Assembly: GCA_963810275.1 (NCBI GenBank) | Contig: CAWENF010000019.1 | Location: 96,001 to 160,000, forward strand | Direction: 5' to 3' | DNA from: an uncultured archaeon | GTDB lineage: Archaea > Thermoproteota > Bathyarchaeia > Bathyarchaeales > Bathycorpusculaceae | Length of the DNA stretch: 64,000 nt | Part shown: piece by piece, positions 39,012-48,928 of the stretch | Numbering within the stretch: the first letter of the stretch is position 1 | Layout of the letters: each line of letters starts with the position of its first letter | Position numbers and translations under genes: made by a program | The notes under the pieces: model-generated | Told to the model about the DNA's origin: nothing | Databases searched by the model: none | Seen by the model: only the letters and a program-made list of their open reading frames with translations

Positions 39012-39599
39012 ATGGCTTTGAAAGCTCCTGAACAAAAAAGTGGACAACTCGTTATGCCTGGTGAACGCCTTGGTGTCATCGAAGAATTCATCCCCGACTC
39101 GGGAACCTACGTCAAAGACGGAGTCATATACAGCAAAATAATCGGACGAAGCTTAATTGATTTGCAAAACCGCAAAGTCCAAGTTTACCCCGTCTCCGAA
39201 GGCGCAGTTTATCCTAAAGTCGGAACAGTAGTCATCGGACAAATCGGCAACGCCCAATCAGACAATGTCCTAGTCAAAATCTTCAAAATCGGCAAAAAAG
39301 ACCTCTCTGGCACCTTCGGCGGCATACTTCACGTATCTGACGTATCGGACCGCTACATTGATCAAATGAGCGACGTCTGCAAACCAGGCGACATCGTCCG
39401 AGCAAAAGTAATCTCTGCAAAAAACCAGATTTTCCACTTATCAACAAACGACAAAAACCTTGGCATAATTGACGCTTTCTGCAGCCGAGACGCTACACTG
39501 CTAGAACAGCAGCCCGAACGCTATGACCTACGATGCCCCAAATGTGGTAACATTGAACAACGAAAAATCGCCCCAGACTACGGCAAAGAACCATTATAA
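39012..39599 (+). CDS. csl4: Exosome RNA-binding protein Csl4
   Basis: VMPGERLGVIEEF, S1 domain GILHVSDV...PGDIVRAKV, C-terminal CPKCGNIEQRKIA. Confidence 0.95.
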   Translation: MALKAPEQKSGQLVMPGERLGVIEEFIPDSGTYVKDGVIYSKIIGRSLIDLQNRKVQVYPVSEGAVYPKVGTVVIGQIGNAQSDNVLVKIFKIGKKDLSGTFGGILHVSDVSDRYIDQMSDVCKPGDIVRAKVISAKNQIFHLSTNDKNLGIIDAFCSRDATLLEQQPERYDLRCPKCGNIEQRKIAPDYGKEPL

Positions 39600-39613
39600 A
39601 TGAGAGATCAGAA

Positions 39614-39886
39614 ATGAAAGTTAAAGTCCTGAAAAAAGCTGAAAACGAGCTTAAAATCGAAATTGAAGGCAGTAGTCATGGACTCTGCAATCTAATCCAA
39701 AAAAAGCTTCTAGAGGACAAACGCGTTGACTTTGCAGGCTACGACGTGCCACACCCCTTAGCTTTAAGTCCTATCATATACGTACGAATGAAAGGCAAAG
39801 CAAAACCCGAAGACGCTCTCATAGATGCTGTGGAGAAGATTAAAAAGTCCAACGAAGCCTTCGGTAAAGAAATAGACAGCATCTAA
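39614..39886 (+). CDS. rpoL: RNA polymerase subunit Rpo11 (L)
   Basis: IEGSSHGLCNL, FAGYDVPHPL. Confidence 0.94.
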   Translation: MKVKVLKKAENELKIEIEGSSHGLCNLIQKKLLEDKRVDFAGYDVPHPLALSPIIYVRMKGKAKPEDALIDAVEKIKKSNEAFGKEIDSI

Positions 39887-39976
39887 AACCCTGACTTTTC
39901 TTTATTGCTTAACTTCTTTAGCCCCAAATGCATTCTATTTTTTAGGGTTAATTGCTTGAATGGTGCGAAGCATGTT

Positions 39977-40540
39977 TTGCGCGTGGTTAAAAACGAAATC
40001 CGTGTGCTAGGCGTGGATGACGGCAAATTTACTCCCAAAACTAGAGGCCGTGTTTTGGTTGTAGGCGTAGTTTTCAGAGGTGGCATTTCGATTGAGGCAG
40101 TTATGCACACCCACATAGCCATCGACGGATTAAACGCGACTGACAAACTAGCTAAAATGATTTTGAGCTCGCCGCACCACCATCAACTGCGTTTGGTAAT
40201 GCTTAGCGGGTTGACTTTTGGCGGCTTCAACATAGTGGATATCCAGCACCTGTATGCTGCGACTGGCCTGCCCGTTATGGTGGTGACTTCTGATAAACCC
40301 GATTTGGAAGCTATCCGTCTGGCGCTGGCGCATTTGCCAAACAGTGCGGAGCGGTGGCGAGTTGTGCAAGCTGCAGGCGAAATCTTTGAAGTAGCAAATC
40401 TCAGCAGCAAAGTTTACGTGGAGTTAGCGGGGCTTAGCTTAGAGGAAGCTAAAGTCGTACTGGCGGCGACTTCTACACGAAGCAGTATGCCTGAACCAAT
40501 ACGTGTCGCACATCTGGTGGCTTCAGGTGTAACGTCTTGA
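39977..40540 (+). CDS. DUF99 family (endonuclease V-like / endonuclease dU)
   Basis: RVLGVDDG, IDGLNAT, GLTFGGFNIVD, PEPIRVAHL. TTG start at 39977. Confidence 0.88.
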   Translation: MRVVKNEIRVLGVDDGKFTPKTRGRVLVVGVVFRGGISIEAVMHTHIAIDGLNATDKLAKMILSSPHHHQLRLVMLSGLTFGGFNIVDIQHLYAATGLPVMVVTSDKPDLEAIRLALAHLPNSAERWRVVQAAGEIFEVANLSSKVYVELAGLSLEEAKVVLAATSTRSSMPEPIRVAHLVASGVTS

Positions 40541-40611
40541 ACCATTGTGAAATAGAAAAAGTATAAAAGTTCCAATGCTAAGAAACCCCACAATTGGGAT
40601 GTGTAAAGTCT

Positions 40612-40965
40612 ATGGAATTTTGCCCGAAATGTGGTTCTCGCCTTGAGCCAAAAAAATATAAAAGCGGCAAAGAAGCGACCCTAGTGTTGGCGTGCCCCAA
40701 ATGCGGCTATAAAAAACCTGAAGAGGGGACAGTGGAGTCTAAGGTTGCGCCGAAAATAATACAGCACAACCCTCAACAGTTTGTAGCTGTAATTGGCAAA
40801 GAAGAGCAGAAACTCAGCACATTGCCGACGGTGCGTATAGAGTGTCCAAAGTGCGGAAACAACACAGCATACGTTTGGCAAGTGCAAACAAGAGGGGCAG
40901 ACGAATCTTCCACACAGTTTCTTCGCTGCACCAAATGCAACTACACCTACAGGGAATACAGCTAA
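40612..40965 (+). CDS. tfs: Transcription factor S (TFS)
   Basis: MEFCPKCG and C-terminal QTRGADESSTQFLRCTKC with the catalytic DE hairpin. Confidence 0.96.
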   Translation: MEFCPKCGSRLEPKKYKSGKEATLVLACPKCGYKKPEEGTVESKVAPKIIQHNPQQFVAVIGKEEQKLSTLPTVRIECPKCGNNTAYVWQVQTRGADESSTQFLRCTKCNYTYREYS

Positions 40966-41041
40966 ACTCCCTCTTTATTCTTATTTGATTTTGTCAAAGC
41001 GTTTTTTGCGCATCGTTTTTTAAACCCAAAATTCTCATGTT

Positions 41042-42094
41042 ATGGTGTGTTTTAGTTTGAAAAACCGCGAAGCGCCAAGACTTTCTCAATTAACCGTGGC
41101 ATATTTGCTCAAGTTGTTGCCTATAGCTGCGGTTGGGGTTCCTATGGTATTGCTTTTCTTGCTCAACCCCACAGAGCCTTACAATATTTCCGTGCAGAAG
41201 TCCTTTGAGCTCATGTGGAAAGGAAGAACTTTTATGGTTTTTTTCATCTGGCTGATACTGCTCGAGTTCATCTTGGGTTGGGAAAAATTCCAAATTAACC
41301 TCCAAAACAAGACCCGGCTATCAGCCTACCTCCTCACGCTCCTCCTACCTACATTATATGTCGCTGCTGAATATTACCTGGGCTTAAACTCCGCCATAGT
41401 AGACTTTTCCCAGAACAACGCAGTCGCATGGGCGGATTCCATGCCGCTTGCCATCGAGTACCTTGTCTTCTCCTTGTTCTTTCTCTTAATTGCCTACCTG
41501 GGTTTTGGCAAAAAAGGTTTAACAGGCTTGGCGCTTCCCACACTGTTTGTCGCCTTGGTTGGGTTGTTGTACACAATCGATAACCTGTTCCCCTATGGAC
41601 AATTTACCCCGTTTGCGCTGCTAGTGCCTACCACAGCTTCACTGGCTGGTGCCCTTTTGGGATGGATGGGAAACACCGTGGTTCCCGGAACAGACGTAGT
41701 CACAGGGATGCCGACGCTTGCGGTTTCGGGCCCAGCCGGTTCAGCGACGTTTGCGATTGCTTGGCCCTGCGCCGGTATCGAGAGCCTGCTGATTTTCACA
41801 GCGGTCGCATTGCTGTTCCTTAAGCCGATGTTGGTTTCTTGGAAGGCGAAACTGGGCTTCTTTGCTGTCGGTGCCGCAATAACTTACTTCATAAACGTGG
41901 TGCGCATATCGATGATTTTCACTTTGGGCATGCAGTACGGCACCAACTCGGTTGAGGTGTCGGATTTTCACTTTTACTACGGACCCCTCTATGCCATGAC
42001 GTGGATAGTAACTTATCCCATAATCCTGCTTGCAGCAGTGGCGTTTTGGCACCACTTTAAGCGAAGTCAACCAAAACCGCTAAACCCTGCTTAA
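41042..42094 (+). CDS. Exosortase/archaeosortase-family protein
   Basis: Multi-TM protein with the catalytic triad pattern WPCAGIES (Cys), NVVRI (Arg) and FH (His). Confidence 0.85.
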   Translation: MVCFSLKNREAPRLSQLTVAYLLKLLPIAAVGVPMVLLFLLNPTEPYNISVQKSFELMWKGRTFMVFFIWLILLEFILGWEKFQINLQNKTRLSAYLLTLLLPTLYVAAEYYLGLNSAIVDFSQNNAVAWADSMPLAIEYLVFSLFFLLIAYLGFGKKGLTGLALPTLFVALVGLLYTIDNLFPYGQFTPFALLVPTTASLAGALLGWMGNTVVPGTDVVTGMPTLAVSGPAGSATFAIAWPCAGIESLLIFTAVALLFLKPMLVSWKAKLGFFAVGAAITYFINVVRISMIFTLGMQYGTNSVEVSDFHFYYGPLYAMTWIVTYPIILLAAVAFWHHFKRSQPKPLNPA

Positions 42095-42683
42095 TTAAAA
42101 TCTGTGCGTTTAATGCAGGCAGCGACGCCACATCTTCTGCAGCAAAGGGACCATAAGATTTCATGTCTGCACCCATGATGGCGGGGATGGCTTTATTAAA
42201 CCGAAGCGTTAAGCGCTTGTGGGTTACATGAATTACTGGTGGTTTTGTTTCAGTTTTGGGCTTTTCCTCAATTGTGGCTGATACGGTGTGACTGGGTTGA
42301 ACGATGGTCACTGTGATGGGTGTCTCTTTCCCTTCAAAGAGACTTTTGGAAAACTGCTTGTATGCATTGGCAAACCCGACAAAGCTTTGACACATCTTCG
42401 TCTCCTCAGATGCCAACAGCTCTACAGGCACCTTATTCAGCTTCGTAACTATCTTGATGATTTTCCGATATCGCATATCCAAAAGCTCGTACAGCATACG
42501 CTTCACGTTCTTTGCTTCCTTCTCCAGCAAGCTAACTTTAACAGATTTCTTTTCTAAGGCGCTGCGGTCTTCGCTTATGTGCCGCTGGTACTCGGCTATT
42601 CTAACGTAAAAATCCTGAGGTAACCCGCCTAGAGTGGGGTCGTCGATTTCCCGCCGCCAAGCAGCATACAATTCCTCGTACAC
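42057..42683 (-). CDS. DNA replication complex GINS subunit (Gins15-like)
   Basis: E...L..LPQDFY, R.RKI, C-terminal B-domain IPAIMGADMKSYGPF..EDVASLP..NA; immediately after priS. Confidence 0.88.
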   Translation of the reverse strand: MYEELYAAWRREIDDPTLGGLPQDFYVRIAEYQRHISEDRSALEKKSVKVSLLEKEAKNVKRMLYELLDMRYRKIIKIVTKLNKVPVELLASEETKMCQSFVGFANAYKQFSKSLFEGKETPITVTIVQPSHTVSATIEEKPKTETKPPVIHVTHKRLTLRFNKAIPAIMGADMKSYGPFAAEDVASLPALNAQILIKQGLAVLVDFA

Positions 42684-43913
42684 TTAAGGCGTTACCTCCG
42701 CTCTTTTTTTACAAATAAGCAAAACAGCGGCTGCAACTGGCAACTCAAGGGTTTGGTTCTTGTATGGACCCAACGTTTCCCCACTCATCCTAAACTCTGG
42801 CGCATCAAACACCAACACTCTCACTTTGCCCTTTTTAAAAGCTACTGCTTCACTAAAAGGATCAAAATCTTGCAGTTCCCTTGGCTCAAACTCCACTTTC
42901 TTTAACCCTGTTTTGCCGTGTAGAGTACCGTTCATGCGTATGAGTCGGTGGATGTCAGTGGTTACAACGGTGTCGATTTTGGCTGCCTGCTCCTCTTTAA
43001 TGAGTTCAGCCAGATGTCGCCAGGTTGCTTCGCTGACACCTTTAACGCCTTCCCACCTGCCTTCCTTTAACACTCTTTTTATGATGGTGTCACGGCTTTC
43101 TATCAACGTCTTGTATCTAAGACCAACTTCTTTCAATGTGTCTGGCGTAGCCGAAAGCAGGAACTGTTCCATCCCCAACTTTAAGCGGCGGTTCCATCCG
43201 AAGTTATGTAGATTAAACTTGTTTCCGCCATGCTTACGCTTCGATTTCTCTTCTCGCTTATTTTCCTCAAAAATGCCCAAACCCAAACCTGTAACGTAAT
43301 CCACAATCTCTTTGCGTGCCATCGCATCCAACGAACGCACAGCCTCATTTTCAAGGTGCAGGTGGTAGCCGCGGTGCCCCGAAAAAAAGACCCGAATCTC
43401 AGATTGGGCAAAGCCGAAATCATTTTCCAGCATATCCAAAAGTTTGGCGACTTCATCTCGGGCACTTTTAATGCAGAGGTCGCATGCCCAAATCTTTGTT
43501 TGGAACTTTGTGGCTTCACAGCATGGACAAACTTCTGGGGTGATTCCGCGTCCTTCAAACCCGCATTTGACGCAGCGAAACTCATCATGGATTTTATTAC
43601 AGCTGGTTGGGATGTGGTCAGCGTCTATATCAAAAACTATGTCTGCGCCGCTCCAACCTTTCTTGTCCATGTCAAAGTCGGGGTTCTCATAGTAGGCAAC
43701 GCTGTGATAAACGTCGCTTGGTACAGTATTGGCGAGTACAGTCCGGAACTGCTCGACGGTGTTGAAGCGGCGGTGTCGCACCATAAATTTTTCTTTGAAC
43801 GTTAAGTACCCGAATTCGCGGCGTTCAGGCAGAGGTGAGGAAGGTACTGCGTTGGATGGATCGCGATAGAACTCTCTAAACCTCTGAAAAACAAATTCCC
43901 GAGAATCCACCAT
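42684..43913 (-). CDS. priS: DNA primase small subunit
   Basis: REFG, PSDVYHSVAYY, VFDIDAD, FSGHRGYH, IDTVVTTDIHRLIRMNGTLHGKTG. Confidence 0.96.
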   Translation of the reverse strand: MVDSREFVFQRFREFYRDPSNAVPSSPLPERREFGYLTFKEKFMVRHRRFNTVEQFRTVLANTVPSDVYHSVAYYENPDFDMDKKGWSGADIVFDIDADHIPTSCNKIHDEFRCVKCGFEGRGITPEVCPCCEATKFQTKIWACDLCIKSARDEVAKLLDMLENDFGFAQSEIRVFFSGHRGYHLHLENEAVRSLDAMARKEIVDYVTGLGLGIFEENKREEKSKRKHGGNKFNLHNFGWNRRLKLGMEQFLLSATPDTLKEVGLRYKTLIESRDTIIKRVLKEGRWEGVKGVSEATWRHLAELIKEEQAAKIDTVVTTDIHRLIRMNGTLHGKTGLKKVEFEPRELQDFDPFSEAVAFKKGKVRVLVFDAPEFRMSGETLGPYKNQTLELPVAAAVLLICKKRAEVTP

Positions 43914-44033
43914 GCCTTTCGTGCGCTCTCCAGTTGACTGTTATCCACTATTGCATGGTTCAACAATTTAACTATTAACCGACAACAACCCCAAACCCAC
44001 AGATACCCTTTTTGGCTGCAGGACGTTTATCCT

Positions 44034-44786
44034 TTAGAATTTGGCGGATGAGTCCCAGAGGAAATGGAAGTACTCACGGGCAAACCCCACAAGCCCCACG
44101 TGGTTGCTCCAAATCACAAGCGACGGCTTGTCTTCACCCAGAAACAGCATGGCTTCTTTGCCGTCTGCAATGACTCCGCCTCCGAACATGTGGTCGCGAA
44201 TGCGTAGTTCTCCGAGTCCAACGAATTTTTTGAGGAAAATCCAGTCTTCTTTTTTGCCTGCCGCCATCAACTGCACCTTTACCGACTTCTTAAGTCCGCC
44301 GCCAAGCAGGGGTTCGGCAAGGGCGATGACGGGTTTAGCGAATTCAGGCGCTGCCACTACAATTTCAACCGAGGCTTTCTTTAGAATTTCCTCCATCTTG
44401 GTTAGAACCTGCTGTTGTCCCCTAAGGATAAGCATGTCGGGGCGCTCTACCAACTCGCGTTTCTCGTAGAGCGGCTGCAAGGTTTCGGCAACGGTGTTTT
44501 CCCACTGTACATACTTGTCTTCTAAGCGGAGTTTTATGCATCGGGCGGCTTCCAGCGGCGGCACAGGGTAGTATTTGAATGGGCGGCTTTCGCTGCTTTT
44601 TATCCAGCCCTTCTCTTTCAGATAATTTAGGACCTCGTACATTTTGCTGTATGGCACGTTGGCTTGCTGGCTGACTTCCATAGCTGTTAACTGCCCGCAG
44701 TCCAAAAGCACTATGTATGAGTCGATTTCGTAGGCGTTTAGCCCCATTTCTCGTAGCACTGCACGTGTTTCGTCGTTAACAGCCAT
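44034..44786 (-). CDS. TrmB-family transcriptional regulator
   Basis: GLNAYE...TAMEVS...VPYSKMYEVL..L.EKGW...RP.KY HTH plus a C-terminal effector domain. Confidence 0.9.
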   Translation of the reverse strand: MAVNDETRAVLREMGLNAYEIDSYIVLLDCGQLTAMEVSQQANVPYSKMYEVLNYLKEKGWIKSSESRPFKYYPVPPLEAARCIKLRLEDKYVQWENTVAETLQPLYEKRELVERPDMLILRGQQQVLTKMEEILKKASVEIVVAAPEFAKPVIALAEPLLGGGLKKSVKVQLMAAGKKEDWIFLKKFVGLGELRIRDHMFGGGVIADGKEAMLFLGEDKPSLVIWSNHVGLVGFAREYFHFLWDSSAKF

Positions 44787-44892
44787 AGTTGTCCCCTCAA
44801 TCACCTTAGGAAACGTTTGGAAACCTTATTATCGAGACTTTGCTCTTAAGCACTTCGAAAGAATCGCCTACTGAACAGAAGGCACACACGTA

Positions 44893-46383
44893 ATGAAAGA
44901 TATTAAGACTACTCAAAGTATCTGCCCTGAATGCCTAAAAGCCCTCGATGCAACTATCTACGAGGATGAAGGCAAAGTTTTCATTAAAAAAACTTGTCCC
45001 GAACACGGGGAATACACTGAACTTTACTGGTCAGACTACGACCAATATGTCCGCGCCGAAAACTTCCGCAGCGAAGGAACAGGTGTGGAAAACCCAAGAA
45101 CAGAAAAGAAGCAGGGCTGTCCAGCCGACTGTGGATTGTGCCCAGAACACCACTCCCACACCGCATTAGCAATCATAGATGTCACTAATCGCTGCAACCT
45201 TAAATGCCCCGTCTGTTTTGCCAACGCAAACTACGCCGGCTACGTCTACGAACCAACTATGGAGCAGGTTGTAGGTATGCTTGAGAACCTGCGTGCAACT
45301 AAACCGGTGCCTGCTCAGGCGCTTCAGTTTAGCGGCGGCGAACCAACAATCCGCAAAGAACTTCCCGAAATGGTACGCAAAGCAAAAGAACTCGGTTTTA
45401 ACCACGTGGAAGTCAACACTAACGGGTTACGCATCAGCCAAGATGTGGAGTACTGCAAGGAGTTACGCGATGCTGGCGTTAGCACCATTTACCTTCAGTT
45501 TGACGGCTTAACATCTGACGTTTACAAGTACATCCGCGGTGTCGACTTACTCGACATAAAGATGAAGGCAATCGAGAACCTGCGAGCCGCCGGCTGGAAC
45601 AGCTGCGTACTCGTTGTTACTCTTGTTAAAGGCGTTAACGACGGTCAGCTTGGTGACATCATCCGTTTCGCTGCCAAAAACAGCGACGTCATTCGATGCA
45701 TCAACATTCAACCTGTATCGCTCTGCGGACGCTTACCAGCGGACGAACGCGAAAAAATGCGCATCACTATCCCTGACTTCATGAAAAGATGCGAGGAGCA
45801 AACCGACGGCGTTATCAAAGTCAGCGACTTCTACCCTGTCCCCGTTGTGGTGCCAGTATCAAAAGCAGTTGGCGCTATCAAAGACAAACGCTACGTCGAG
45901 TTCACCGCTCACCCACACTGCGGCATGGCAACCTTCGTGTTTGTTGAAGACGGCAAAATCACGCCCATCACCCACTATGGCAATATCGACAAGTTCGTCG
46001 CTACATTGCAAGGTGTCTACGAGGACGCGTGTAAAGGCAACAAGAGTAAAGCCAAAATCCGTCTTGCTGGGGCAAGTCGCCACATCAAATTTAGCTTCCT
46101 ACGCAAATACGTGCTTAAAGTTTTGCTTAACGGCGACTACAAGTCTCTGGGTGACTTCGCACGTAACGCTGTATTGATTTCGTCTATGCACTTCATGGAT
46201 CCATACAACTTTGACCTTGAACGCGTGTCACGTTGTGTGATACACTACGCTGTGCCAGATGGCAGAATAATTCCTTTCTGCACAATGAACTCAATTCACC
46301 GTGCTTCCGTGGAGAAGAAACTTGGCATCCCCATTAAAGAATGGCAAAATAAACATAAGGTTGAAATAAGCCAGACAATCTAG
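44893..46383 (+). CDS. tes: Tetraether lipid synthase (Tes / GDGT-MAS; radical SAM)
   Basis: N-terminal CPEC...CPEHG, CPADCGLC, radical-SAM CNLKCPVC, HPHCG and C-terminal MHFMDPYNFD...IHY...DGRIIPFC, as in the MJ0619 family. Confidence 0.88.
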   Translation: MKDIKTTQSICPECLKALDATIYEDEGKVFIKKTCPEHGEYTELYWSDYDQYVRAENFRSEGTGVENPRTEKKQGCPADCGLCPEHHSHTALAIIDVTNRCNLKCPVCFANANYAGYVYEPTMEQVVGMLENLRATKPVPAQALQFSGGEPTIRKELPEMVRKAKELGFNHVEVNTNGLRISQDVEYCKELRDAGVSTIYLQFDGLTSDVYKYIRGVDLLDIKMKAIENLRAAGWNSCVLVVTLVKGVNDGQLGDIIRFAAKNSDVIRCINIQPVSLCGRLPADEREKMRITIPDFMKRCEEQTDGVIKVSDFYPVPVVVPVSKAVGAIKDKRYVEFTAHPHCGMATFVFVEDGKITPITHYGNIDKFVATLQGVYEDACKGNKSKAKIRLAGASRHIKFSFLRKYVLKVLLNGDYKSLGDFARNAVLISSMHFMDPYNFDLERVSRCVIHYAVPDGRIIPFCTMNSIHRASVEKKLGIPIKEWQNKHKVEISQTI

Positions 46384-46417
46384 ATGTGGAATACTAAAAA
46401 ATTGGCAAGGTGAAAAC

Positions 46418-46744
46418 ATGGGTGGAAAAAAGAAGCTTGGCATAAAGCAGATGGAAAAGCAGCAAGGCGACAAAGCAGAAGAGAAATCTAAGAAGAAAGA
46501 TGAAAAGAAAGGTCCGCCGCAGAAGAAAACCACAATTAGCATTCTGCCTCCAGACGCAAAAGACCAACGAGTCGTCGCTGAAGTCAAAAAGATGGGTGTT
46601 CTAACACCATACGCTATTGCGACACGATATGGCATACGCATCAGCGCAGCAAAAGATTTTCTTGAGCAGCTTGAATCCAACGGAGCAATAGATCTCGTCA
46701 GCGCAAGCCATAGCATTAAAATCTACAAGTCAGCAGCAGCCTAA
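46418..46744 (+). CDS. rps25e: 30S ribosomal protein eS25
   Basis: Lys-rich N-terminus MGGKKK and wHTH LTPYAIA...IRISAAK..L..L...G.I.LV. Confidence 0.9.
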   Translation: MGGKKKLGIKQMEKQQGDKAEEKSKKKDEKKGPPQKKTTISILPPDAKDQRVVAEVKKMGVLTPYAIATRYGIRISAAKDFLEQLESNGAIDLVSASHSIKIYKSAAA

Positions 46745-46800
46745 AAACTGCCTTAACCTATTTTATTAATTGTTCCTATTTACTTTCGGAGCTAACAAGT

Positions 46801-47274
46801 TTGAACTTTCCAGAAAAAGTGTACACGAAAAAAGAAGTTAAAACCGCCCAAGAACTGGTTGATTGTGGCTACAAGCATGACCTCCAGATCAATGGGCAAT
46901 CTGATTTTACTTGGAAAGTTAAAGAAGCTCTTGATCACGTCAAAACCGCGGGCTACTATGATTACTTGCGTACCTACATACGTGCTATAGTAGAAATAGA
47001 TGGTATGACCCAGCTTCGACAGGCGGAAGTCTCGATTTGGGCAAACAAGTTCGCAGTAGATAACCCCATAGACGCCGCTAGCCTCTTCATACAGAAAGCT
47101 TTTAGCATGTCAGAGTACTTACAGGGCAAACTTTACTACGGCGGTACTGCCGAGAAACGCTCTATTAAGAAACGGACTGAGTTTTTAGAGGCACTCAAAG
47201 AGAAGTCTTCAGAAAAAGAAGTGAAAGAAGAGTGCCAGCGACTTCTAACACTTTGGCAAGATAATTCTGCTTAA
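46801..47274 (+). CDS. Hypothetical protein
   Basis: 157-aa ORF with TTG start and protein-like composition; no family recognised. Confidence 0.7.
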   Translation: MNFPEKVYTKKEVKTAQELVDCGYKHDLQINGQSDFTWKVKEALDHVKTAGYYDYLRTYIRAIVEIDGMTQLRQAEVSIWANKFAVDNPIDAASLFIQKAFSMSEYLQGKLYYGGTAEKRSIKKRTEFLEALKEKSSEKEVKEECQRLLTLWQDNSA

Positions 47275-47657
47275 CTGGATGCCAGCACTACTTTGATGAT
47301 TGAGCCACTTTTCACTTGTCTAAACAGGTCTAAGTTGGCGGTTATTTTTCCCAATACACTCACTGGACTGTAAGGCTGTGATTTACCATAAAAAACGCAT
47401 AATGCACTGCCCATAGGCCAAAACGCTATGGTGCCTTCCTCAACAGTTGATTTGCCTTTTTCTTCCCCCATTTTAAGCGGAATTTCAAAGTAGACTTCTT
47501 CCTTGTAGAGTGCAGCTCTGCCTTCTATAGGTAGTTTCCGCACAATAGCATCTATACTTCTAGGCGCCAAAAAACGCGCTAGTTCACCTTCTGCTTCGCC
47601 TAACCCTGCGATAATAAATTTTATTTTAATGCGCGAAACGTTTTCTTCGTTACTCAT
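47271..47657 (-). CDS. Cyclophilin-like (TM1367-like) protein
   Basis: APRS...LPI, EEVYF, GTIAFWPMGSALCVFYG, PYSPVSVLGKI. Confidence 0.85.
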   Translation of the reverse strand: MSNEENVSRIKIKFIIAGLGEAEGELARFLAPRSIDAIVRKLPIEGRAALYKEEVYFEIPLKMGEEKGKSTVEEGTIAFWPMGSALCVFYGKSQPYSPVSVLGKITANLDLFRQVKSGSIIKVVLASS

Positions 47658-47765
47658 ATACATCATACCCCTTTTATAGAAAACTCCACAGTAAACAAGT
47701 TATAGAGTATATTATGAAGAGAGCCATTTAACTCTTGCACTATCATACACTGTAGTAGCCAGGAG

Positions 47766-48869
47766 TTAGATAAGGTTCAATGTTATTTTTGCGATTTGAT
47801 CTGCATCTTCTTCGGTTACGCCTGGGTGGATGGGCAGAGAAAACACTTGTTTGGCAGCTTTCTCTGTTTCAGGCAACGCGCAAGCGCCATAATTGTCTCT
47901 GTAAAACGGCATTGTGTGCACCGGGTTGATGTAGTAGGATTCTGCGCCTATGCCTTTAGCTTTGAGGGCCTCGATAAGCTTGTTGCGTTTCTCTTCAGTT
48001 GCTTCAAGGAGGCGGGCGGTGTAGAGATACCAGCTATGCAGTCTGTCTGGGGTTTCGTAGGGTAAAACCAGCTTCTCACAAACTTTAAGCGCTTCAGTCA
48101 GGGTTTGGGCGTTTCGGCGGCGCGCTGCAACAAACACAGGCAGCTTCTTCAATTGCACATTGCCAATAGCTGCTTGCAACTCCGACATGCGGTAATTGGT
48201 GCCCAACATCTCCGAGGCGTACTTGGCTTTTTCTCCGTGCGTGCGAATCATCCGCAGTTTCTCTTCAACTTCATCACTGTCGGTTGTTACTACGCCGCCC
48301 TCGCCTGTCATAATGTTCTTGCTAGCGTAGAGACTCCAGCACGCCACATCCGAGAATTTGCCTGCGGGTTTACACATATATGTTGCTCCGTGTGCTTGAG
48401 CAGCATCCTCAACTAGTCCCAGTCCATGTTTGTTCGCGATTTCACTCAAGGGTTTCATTTCGGCGGAGAACCCATAGAGATCCACGGGCAGTATGGCTTT
48501 GGTTTTGCGTGTGATTACAGCTTCCACAGCTTGGGGTGAGAGGTTGTAAGTTTTAGGGTCAATATCTGCGAAGACTGGTTTGCCACCTGCTAACACGATA
48601 GCTTCGGCGGTTGCCACAAAAGTAAAGCTGGGCAAAATCACTTCGTCATCCCGTCTTACGCCGACTGCCATTATGGCTGCGTGCAAGGCAGCGGTGCCAG
48701 TGTTGACTGCGACAGCATGTTTTGTGCCTGCGAACGCTGCAAAGTTTTTCTCAAACTCAAGCACTTTAGGTCCAGCGCCAAGAGCGTTGGTTATTGGACC
48801 TTTACGCATGACTTCTATAACTGCTTGTACTTCTTCTTCATCCACTTGTGGCTTGTTAATAGGTATCAC
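47766..48869 (-). CDS. DegT/DnrJ/EryC1/StrS PLP-dependent aminotransferase
   Basis: VNTGTAALH, TFVATA, EDAAQAHGA, SLYASKN...GEGG, NYRMSEL. Confidence 0.94.
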   Translation of the reverse strand: MIPINKPQVDEEEVQAVIEVMRKGPITNALGAGPKVLEFEKNFAAFAGTKHAVAVNTGTAALHAAIMAVGVRRDDEVILPSFTFVATAEAIVLAGGKPVFADIDPKTYNLSPQAVEAVITRKTKAILPVDLYGFSAEMKPLSEIANKHGLGLVEDAAQAHGATYMCKPAGKFSDVACWSLYASKNIMTGEGGVVTTDSDEVEEKLRMIRTHGEKAKYASEMLGTNYRMSELQAAIGNVQLKKLPVFVAARRRNAQTLTEALKVCEKLVLPYETPDRLHSWYLYTARLLEATEEKRNKLIEALKAKGIGAESYYINPVHTMPFYRDNYGACALPETEKAAKQVFSLPIHPGVTEEDADQIAKITLNLI

Positions 48870-48928
48870 TATGTTTGCCTCACTTTCAGATTTAGAGGTG
48901 AGCCTCTATATTTTGATTTTCCAGAAAG

